Assembly (NCBI GenBank): GCA_963816425.1 | Contig: CAWFKP010000005.1 | Span: 23,693 to 87,692 of the forward strand | Length of the DNA: 64,000 bases | Source: an uncultured Actinomycetes bacterium | GTDB taxonomy: Bacteria > Actinomycetota > UBA4738 > HRBIN12 | Reading direction: 5' to 3' | Shown here: piece by piece, positions 57,328 through 64,000 of the stretch | How positions within the stretch are numbered: position 1 is the first letter of the stretch | Layout: each line of letters opens with the position of its first letter | The notes under the pieces: model-generated | What the model was told of the DNA's origin: nothing | The model's input: only the letters and a program-made list of their open reading frames with translations | Databases searched by the model: none | Made by a program: the position numbers and the translations under genes

Positions 57328-58422
57328 GTGAGCGACGAACGAACCAACGACGAGGCGACCGAGGCGCTGGTGGCGGCCGAGGTGCTGACCGACGACGCCG
57401 CCGACCGTCTGGCGACCGCAGAGCTGGTCGCCGAGGCCGCCGATGAGGCCGCGGCCGAAGCGGTGGCCGAGGGCGACGAGGCGGAGGCCGAGGCGATCGC
57501 CGACGAGGCGGCCGACGTGATGACCGATCTCGTCGTCGAGGCGGCCGAGGAGCTCGCGCTCGCGGAGGAGCTCGTCGAGGAGGCCGCCGTCGCCGAAGAG
57601 GCGGGCACCGACGAGGTGCCGATGATCGAGGCGCTCGAGGCGAGCGCCGAGGTGCACGAGCTGGCCGACGAGGCCGCCGAGGTGACGATCGCCGTCGCCG
57701 CCGAGGAAGCCGTCGCGCTCGCCGATGCCGGCGACACCGAGGCTGCCGACGAGGTGCTGGTCGAGGCCGCGATCGAGGCCGCCGTGATGGAGGAGACCGC
57801 CGACGAGATCGCCGAGGAGCTCATCGTCGAGGCCGCCGTCAAGGAGACGGCGATCGTCGAGGAGGAGCGCAAGGACGATCCGTTCCGCGGTCCCGGCGAC
57901 TGGTACGTCGTGCACACCTACGCCGGCTACGAGAACAAGGTGAAGGCCAACCTCGAGTCGCGCATCCACACGATGCAGATGGAAGGCAAGATCTTCCGCG
58001 TCCACATCCCGATGGAAGACGTGATGGAGATCAAGAACGGCAAGAAGCAGATCGTGCAGAAGAAGGTCTTCCCGGGCTACCTGCTGGTGAAGATGGAATA
58101 CGACAACGACTCCTGGTACGTGGTGCGCAACACGCCCGGCGTGACCGGGTTCGTGTCGGCCGGCACCGGCCAGAAGCCGACGCCGTTGTCCAAGCGCGAG
58201 ATCGAGAAGATCCTCGTCGTGAAGAAGGAAGAGGCCAAGCCCACGGTGCGCCTCGGCTTCGAGGAGGGCGACGTCGTGCGCATCACCTCCGGCCCGTTCG
58301 CCGACTTCAACGGCACGATCAGCGAGATCAACGCCGACCAGGCCAAGCTCAAGGTGCTGGTCAACATCTTCGACCGGGAGACGCCGGTCGAACTGTCCTT
58401 CGACCAAGTGGCGAAGGTCTAG
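57328..58422 (+). CDS. nusG: transcription termination/antitermination factor NusG with a ~185-aa acidic Ala/Glu-rich N-terminal extension
   Basis: It has an NGN domain ([22 protein letters not shown]) and a KOW domain ([24 protein letters not shown]). The start is uncertain: GTG at 57328, or the ORF start at 57253. Confidence 0.85.
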   Translation: MSDERTNDEATEALVAAEVLTDDAADRLATAELVAEAADEAAAEAVAEGDEAEAEAIADEAADVMTDLVVEAAEELALAEELVEEAAVAEEAGTDEVPMIEALEASAEVHELADEAAEVTIAVAAEEAVALADAGDTEAADEVLVEAAIEAAVMEETADEIAEELIVEAAVKETAIVEEERKDDPFRGPGDWYVVHTYAGYENKVKANLESRIHTMQMEGKIFRVHIPMEDVMEIKNGKKQIVQKKVFPGYLLVKMEYDNDSWYVVRNTPGVTGFVSAGTGQKPTPLSKREIEKILVVKKEEAKPTVRLGFEEGDVVRITSGPFADFNGTISEINADQAKLKVLVNIFDRETPVELSFDQVAKV

Positions 58423-58426
58423 CGGC

Positions 58427-61400
58427 TCACTGCACCCAGAGCTGGTCCAGCAAGACGCCCCACATCGGGTGGAACTGGAAGTTCCCGACGCGCTCGGAGA
58501 GGAGATCGACCTGCTGCCCGGCGCGACCAGCGGCACTGCGGTGCCGCGTCCGTGATCATCCGGTCGATCCGCGCCCACTGCTGCGCGGCGGCGGCGGGAT
58601 CGTGCGTCTGCGTCGCCTGGGCGATCGCGATCGCGTCGATCGATCTGCGGGTCGCAGAACCCGGATATGTTCTGGTTGTGCGGGTCATTCGGGTGGTAGG
58701 ACGCGCAGGTCAGCATGTCGGCGATGAACGACGCCGGGGACGGGTAGTCGATCAGCCACCCGTACACCGACACGTCGACACCCTTCGATGAGTCGGCGAT
58801 CGTCGGGAAGAAGTCCGTCGAGCTGCCCATCGTCGTGCAGCGTGGCGCCGATACCCGAGGCCCTCGAGCACTCGGACGACGGATCGTCCGACCGCCAGGC
58901 CAGGATCGATACCCCTCGAACGTGGCGACGATCGACATGCGCTCCCTTCGTGCCCGAGGCATCGACGAGCTCGAGGGCACGTTGCATGTTCGGTGCCGTC
59001 CACGCCCCGTCCTTCGACGGGCTCAGTGTGTACGGAGCAGTACGGCCGATATCCAGGCATGTTCGGTGGCAGCTCCTGGCAGCTCAGCGACGCGAGGATC
59101 TCGGGACCACCGAACTGGCGGAACACCGCCTCGCGGTCGATCGCGAGGTTCACCCGCGCGACGCGCGGCGACCTCGTCGAAGGGCGGCCGGGTCGTGTTC
59201 AACGTCGAGGAAACGGATGACCAGGATCGGTGAGATGTTGGATGTGAGCTCGGGAATCGGGTCGTGACCTCCTGCACCTGGTCGGGCGATACCCGCGCCC
59301 GCGAAGACGAGATCGCGATGCGCCCTGCTCCACGGACGTCAGGCTGCGCGTCGGGTCTTGCCCGAACGTCCACACGATCTGATCGGGGAAGCCGTCGGGC
59401 TGCGCGGCGGTCGACCACGCGTCTGAACGCCGGGTTGCGCTTCCAGGACGACGTGGTCGTCCCATCGTAGGAGTCGATCTGGTACGGACCGGTGGCGGGC
59501 ACACGGCGTCGCGAGCCGTCCGGCTTCGACCACGGTGCGATCGGGCGTCGCCGGAGGCACGGCGAAGGCGAACGGCAGCGCGAGCTTGTACAGGAAGTCC
59601 GGGTCGGGAGCACGCAGCTGGAAGGTGATCGTGCCGGTCGCGTCGTCGACCACGATCCCCTGTGAGAGGTCACATCGGTCGGGCGCCGCGATACATGCGG
59701 GGGCACCGACGATGGACGCGTAGAATAGTCCGGTCGAGGCGTCCCGGGCCGAAGGCTTCGCTCGATCGCGGTTCGGAACGCGTCCGGCGTCACGGGCTCG
59801 CCGTCGGAAAACGAGATGTTCGGGCGAAGCTGGAAGGTGTAGCGACGCCCGGCGTCGGTCGGCTCCGGAAGGGCGGTGGCGAGGTCGGGCACCAGCGTGG
59901 TGCCGCTGACCCCGTCGGCCCGTCGGTACCCCACGAGGCCGTCGTTCGTCATGGACAGGATCGACCCAGCGATCGCAGTCGTACGCGAACGCGGGATCGA
60001 TGGAATCGGGTCGCCGGTCGGCGGTCACGCTGCAGCGTGCCGCCACGGTGGGCACCGTCGGTGCGCGCCACCGTCGTCACCCAGAGCTCGTCGCCGGTGA
60101 GCGCGATCCCGGTTGGCGCCGACCCCGTCACGATCGCTCGGCGTGGTGGCCGGCCCGGGTCCCAGCTGCCAGATCGTGCCGTCGTCGGCGCTCGCGACCC
60201 AGACATCATCCGAGGCGACCGCGATGGCGTGCGGGTCCCGTCCCGCCGGCATCGTGTCGGACACGGCGCTCGCGCCGGCCGCGACGAACGAGGCGGTGCC
60301 GTCGGAGCGGTTCGTGACCCAGACGCCGCCATCAACCGATGCGACGCCGCTCGGGTCGGTTCCGACGTGGATGGTCGACGTCACTCGTTGGGAGACAGCG
60401 TCGATCACGGATACGGTGCCGTCGGTCCTGGTTGGCCACCCAGACGTGTTCGTCCGTCGCTCGTGATGGCCGATGGAAACCCGCCGACATCGATCGGCCG
60501 CTCGGCGATGCCACGCACGGGATCCAGGCGCTGCACGGTGCCGTCGATGCTGTTGGCCACCCAGACGCCGCTGGAGGATGCCGCGACCGCGATGGGCCGT
60601 TGCCGACCGCGATCGTTTGCACGACACTGTCGGATTCGGGATCTATCTGCGACACCGTGCGTCCATCAGCGTTCGCCACCCATACGGCGTCCTCGCCGAT
60701 CGCGAGACTCTCTGGATCGCTCCCGACGTCGATCGTGTCGACGACTGCCTCGGATGACGGATCGATCTTGGAGACGGTGCCGTCCGCGGCGTTCGCCACC
60801 CACACCGCCTCGTTGGTTGCGACGACGGCGCTCGGTCGGCTTCCGACCGGGATCGTCGACTTGAGTCGGCCGCTGGCTCGGATCGAACAGCACCGAGGCT
60901 GTTCGGGGCAACGGTGGTATCCCCGACACCTCGCACCCTGGGAACGACGATCGCGGTGGCCACGAGCGCGAGCGCGACGATCGCAGCCGACGCGACGAGG
61001 AGTCGCTTCCGACGAGGCGTTTCCGGCGCGATCGCTCCCGCGGCGCTGCCGCGCCTCATCCGGGTCGAGCGGCGCCGATCTCGGCGTCCCGTCGACCGCT
61101 GTGGCGGCGAAGACCCGCCACACATCATCCACGCCCTTCAGCTGACGCATCCCGCGATCTTCGAACCGGAAACCCGCCCCTCGAGAGAGCTCCGCCGCGG
61201 TGCTGGAAACCAGCACGTCACCCGCGCCGCCGAGCGCCATGATGCGCGCGCCGACCACGACGGTGATCCCGCCGAGCTTCTTGCCGATCCGCTCGCACTC
61301 GCCGAAGTGGACGCCGGCGCGGATCTCTACACCGAGACTGCGCACGCCTCGGCGATCGCACAGGCGCAGGTGATCGCCGGGGCGGGCTCCTTGAAGCTCG

Positions 61401-61587
61401 CGAAGAAGCCGTCGCCGGCGGTGTCGAGTTCGCTGCCCCCGAAGCGCTTGAGCTCCCGACGGACGATCCGGTGGTGGGCATCGACCATCGCCTTCCAACG
61501 CCGATCGCCAAGCTCCTCCGCGATCGCGGTGCTATCCACCATGTCCGTGAACAGGACCGCGGCAAGCGTCCTGCCCCGTTGTTGCAT
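58427..61587 (-). pseudogene. heavily frameshifted gene(s): class III adenylate/guanylate cyclase domain - TM helix - YVTN-type beta-propeller repeats - family 5 (peptide/nickel type) solute-binding domain
   Basis: Collinear pieces lie in many frames. They are LFTDMVDSTAIAEELGD and VEIRAGVHFGECE..LKGV (cyclase); RRKRLLVASAAIVALALVATAIVV (TM); repeated G..P..[IV]A....VWVAN..DGTVS.ID (propeller); and GGTL.VTADRRPDSIDPAFAYD, TNDGLVGY...YTFQLRPNISFSDGEPVT, YGWLIDYPSPASF..FCDPQID and SERVGNFQFHPMWGVLLDQLWVQ-stop (SBP_bac_5). Confidence 0.7.
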
Positions 61588-61660
61588 GGAAGGAGTGTGA
61601 CCCTGGTTGCGCGAGGCGTAAAGCTCCCCCGGTTACGAGCCGGCCGACGCTACGAAGCCA

Positions 61661-62029
61661 TCACTCACGAGGGCGCAGCACGCAGAACTCGTTGCCCTCC
61701 GGATCGGCCAGGACAACCCAGCTCACTTCGTCGCCCTGACCGATATCCGCTCGTGTGGCGCCGAGGCCCAGCAAGCGCTCGACCTCCGCCGTCTGATCGC
61801 CCGGTCGAAGATCGAAATGGAGCCGATTCTTCGTGACCTTCTCATCGGGCACCCGCACGAACAGGATGTCCGGCGCGACGTCGACGGCGGGGCTTCCCTC
61901 CGGCGGTTCGATCGCGACCTCGTCGTCGCTCTCGAACGTGACCCGCCAGCCGAGCGCCTGTGACCAGAAGCTCGCGAGCTTCGAGCAGTCGTGCGCGTCG
62001 ACCACCACACACTGGATCCGGATGTCCAT
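61661..62029 (-). CDS. VOC (glyoxalase-fold) family protein, paralogue of 13208..13558
   Basis: 122-aa ORF: [22 protein letters not shown]...KNRLHFDL...[13 protein letters not shown]. Confidence 0.7.
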   Translation of the reverse strand: MDIRIQCVVVDAHDCSKLASFWSQALGWRVTFESDDEVAIEPPEGSPAVDVAPDILFVRVPDEKVTKNRLHFDLRPGDQTAEVERLLGLGATRADIGQGDEVSWVVLADPEGNEFCVLRPRE

Positions 62030-62185
62030 GGCTGCAGCGTACTCCGGGCCTCGTGCCCGGGTCTCGGGCGGGCCCGCTGCGGACCGTCAGGTACCATCTC
62101 GAGGCGTTCCGGTCTCGGAACGGAGGAACCCTACGGCGGGAGGTCGCCTCGGCGCGACCGTTGGAACCGCAGGAGGAGTAGCGAC

Positions 62186-62617
62186 ATGGCACCGAAGAAG
62201 AAGGTCATGGCCGTCGTGACCCTGCAGATCAGGGCGGCGGCCGCGACGCCGGCGCCGCCGGTGGGCACGGCTCTCGGTCAGCACGGCGTGAACATCATGG
62301 AGTTCGTGAACCAGTACAACGCCGCCACGCAGCAGTACGCGGGGCAGGTGATCCCGGCGGTCCTGACGATCTTCGAGGACCGCAGCTTCTCGTTCATCCT
62401 GAAGCAGCCGCCGATGGCCGAGCTGATCAAGCAGGAGGCCGGCATCGAGAAGGGCTCGGGCGTGCCGAACCGAGACAAGGTCGCGACGCTGAACACCGAT
62501 CAGCTGCGCCGGATCGCCGAGCGCAAGATGCCCGACCTGAACGCCAACGACGTCGACATGGCGATGCGCATCGTCGCCGGCACCGCACGCAGCATGGGCG
62601 TGGAGGTGGAGGCATGA
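62186..62617 (+). CDS. rplK: 50S ribosomal protein L11
   Basis: The ATG at 62186 follows AGGAGGAG. The protein reads [45 protein letters not shown].... Confidence 0.95.
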   Translation: MAPKKKVMAVVTLQIRAAAATPAPPVGTALGQHGVNIMEFVNQYNAATQQYAGQVIPAVLTIFEDRSFSFILKQPPMAELIKQEAGIEKGSGVPNRDKVATLNTDQLRRIAERKMPDLNANDVDMAMRIVAGTARSMGVEVEA

Positions 62618-63327
62618 GCGGCCAGGGCAAGCGCTTCGAGCAGGCCGCCGCCGGCTTCGACCGCGAGGCCGAGCACACGCCGGCCGAGGCGATGAAGATC
62701 CTGAAGGCCTGGCCCAGCGCCAAGTTCGACGAGACGATCGAGGTCGCGTTCCGGCTGGGGATCGACACGCGCAAGCAGGACCAGGCGTTGCGCGGCACGG
62801 TCTCGCTGCCGCACGGCACCGGCAAGTCGGTGCGCGTCGCGGTGTTCGCCCAGGGCGAGAAGGCCCGCGAGGCGCGCGACGCCGGCGCCGACGTGGTGGG
62901 CGCCGCCGAGCTGGTCGAGGTCGTGATGAAGGGCGAGATCGACTTCGACGCCGCGATCGCGACGCCCGACATGATGGCCGAGGTCGGCAAGGCCGGGCGC
63001 GTGCTCGGGCCGCGCGGCCTGATGCCGAACCCGAAGACCGGCACCGTCACCAACGACATCGCCAAGGCGGTCGCCGACGTCAAGGGCGGGCGCATCGAGT
63101 ACCGCGCCGACCGCACCGGCATCGTGCATCTCATCATCGGCAAGAAGTCCTTCGAGGAGCGCGCGCTGCTCGAGAACTACGCGGCCGTGGTCGACGAGGT
63201 GCTGAAGGCCAAGCCCTCGAGCGCGAAGGGCCGTTACATCCACTCGCTCGTGGTGTCCTCGACGATGGGCCCCGGCGTGCGGATCGATCCGACCAAGCCC
63301 AAGGAACTGGAGGGCGTCACCGGCTAG
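62614..63327 (+). CDS. rplA: 50S ribosomal protein L1
   Basis: The ATG overlaps the rplK stop (ATGA). It has [20 protein letters not shown] and [15 protein letters not shown]. Confidence 0.95.
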   Translation: MSGQGKRFEQAAAGFDREAEHTPAEAMKILKAWPSAKFDETIEVAFRLGIDTRKQDQALRGTVSLPHGTGKSVRVAVFAQGEKAREARDAGADVVGAAELVEVVMKGEIDFDAAIATPDMMAEVGKAGRVLGPRGLMPNPKTGTVTNDIAKAVADVKGGRIEYRADRTGIVHLIIGKKSFEERALLENYAAVVDEVLKAKPSSAKGRYIHSLVVSSTMGPGVRIDPTKPKELEGVTG

Positions 63328-63353
63328 CTCGGTGACGCCGCGGGCTACGCGAC

Positions 63354-63380
63354 GGGGCGGGGGCCGAAGGCCCCCGCCCC
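63354..63380. terminator. GC-rich hairpin between convergent rplA and the EAL gene
   Basis: GGGGCGGGGGCC-GAA-GGCCCCCGCCCC is a perfect 12-bp stem. Confidence 0.65.
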
Positions 63381-63390
63381 ATCGCTTCGC

Positions 63391-64000
63391 TCAGGCTTCG
63401 ACCAGCACCGGCCACGCCGAGGTGCGCACCCACGACTCGACGTCGGCGGCGCGCATCGGCTTGGCGATGTAGTAGCCCTGGGCGATGTCGCAGCCGACCT
63501 CGATCAGGAACGTCATCGCGGCCTCGTCCTCGACGCCCTCGGCCACGATCGAAAGCCCCAGGTTGTGGCCGAGATCGATCGTCGATCGCACGATCTCGGC
63601 ATCGCCGGTGTTCGTCATGACGTGCATCACGAACGACCGGTCGATCTTGAGCTCGCGCACCGGCAGGCGCTGCAGGTAGGCGAGCGAGGAGTACCCGGTG
63701 CCGAAGTCGTCGATCGAGAGCCCGACGCCGACGTCCGCGAGCGCGCCCAGCGTCGCGAGCGCCCGCTCGGGCTGATCCATCATCGAGCTCTCGGTGATCT
63801 CGAGTTGGAGGCGGTCCGGCGGCACGTCCGCGGCCACGAGCAGCTCGCGGATCTCCGTCACGATGCTCGGATCGAGCAGGTCGCGCACCGACAGGTTCAC
63901 CGACACCGGCAGGTCGAGCCCCGCCGAGCGCCACACGGCGAGCTGTTGGATCGCCACCCGCAGCACGTAGGAGGTCAGCCGGCGGATCAGCCCGCTGTGC
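63391..64000 (-). CDS. EAL-domain (c-di-GMP phosphodiesterase-type) protein, C-terminal part (5' end outside the window)
   Basis: It has QLEITES (EAL-type), SIDDFGTGYSSLAYLQRLPVRELKIDRSF, AEGVE and QGYYIAKP. The frame is still open at base 64000. Confidence 0.85.
   Translation of the reverse strand, partial: HSGLIRRLTSYVLRVAIQQLAVWRSAGLDLPVSVNLSVRDLLDPSIVTEIRELLVAADVPPDRLQLEITESSMMDQPERALATLGALADVGVGLSIDDFGTGYSSLAYLQRLPVRELKIDRSFVMHVMTNTGDAEIVRSTIDLGHNLGLSIVAEGVEDEAAMTFLIEVGCDIAQGYYIAKPMRAADVESWVRTSAWPVLVEA

Noticed and set aside
57360-57880. Repetitive GCCGAGG/GAGGCC DNA as a CRISPR array or satellite
   Set aside because: The units are irregular and have no unique spacers of constant length. 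The tract is in frame with nusG and encodes a poly-Ala/Glu extension, so it is coding low complexity rather than a repeat array.
57232-58426. The part of the 582-aa minus-strand ORF 57232..58980 that overlaps nusG
   Set aside because: It lies antisense to the NusG NGN/KOW domains and the Ala/Glu tract. Only its portion downstream of the nusG stop (58427-58980) carries SBP-like sequence, and that portion belongs to the decayed gene.
63317-63934. 205-aa minus-strand ORF overlapping the EAL gene in another frame
   Set aside because: It is Arg/Gly/Asp-rich. The neighbouring frame (63391 onward) carries the complete EAL signature motifs.

Overview
This is a high-GC, actinobacterial-type chromosomal window (hand counts on single 60-nt lines give about 70-77% GC in the flanks). 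It falls into three parts.

(1) 1-19.1 kb holds housekeeping and accessory metabolism:
- a cNMP/CBS/DUF294 signalling protein;
- an acyl-CoA dehydrogenase / cytosolic PhnD-like binding protein / TusA-like + ferritin-like operon;
- a long translationally coupled minus-strand operon (P450-Rieske-DUF192-HIT-VOC-amidohydrolase-GH76-like);
- a PotDBC-like ABC importer with no ATPase gene.

(2) About 19.4-44.3 kb is a lower-GC block (sample lines 55-60%) that I read as a Wzx/Wzy-type glycan-assembly island. It ends next to tRNA-Thr and contains:
- two sulfotransferases and two Wzx paralogues;
- a Wzy/O-antigen-ligase-like protein;
- three glycosyltransferases and a sugar-1-P nucleotidyltransferase;
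- three kinase-like proteins;
- a tandem array of four cytoplasmic alkaline-phosphatase-superfamily (NPP-like) paralogues.

The most promoter-proximal NPP paralogue is joined in frame to a Wzz/PCP-type co-polymerase, at the position where a BY-kinase normally sits. This is my best candidate for an undescribed system.

(3) 44.7-64 kb holds the conserved block tRNA-Thr ... tRNA-Met-tuf-rpmG-(MaoC/Had-like pair)-tRNA-Trp-secE-nusG ... rplK-rplA. It is interrupted by cargo:
- an APC permease, a P-type ATPase, PPK2, a GH18 enzyme and a secreted hypothetical protein;
- an orphan LuxR-type response regulator;
- a 542-aa coiled-coil protein;
- a heavily decayed cyclase/beta-propeller/SBP gene;
- a VOC gene.

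The window ends in a partial EAL-domain gene.

Caveat: at least a dozen otherwise conserved genes, including tuf, are broken by single-nucleotide frame changes. Assembly indel errors are therefore likely, and every pseudogene or fusion call here depends on that. I recognised no CRISPR array, rRNA, transposase or integrase.
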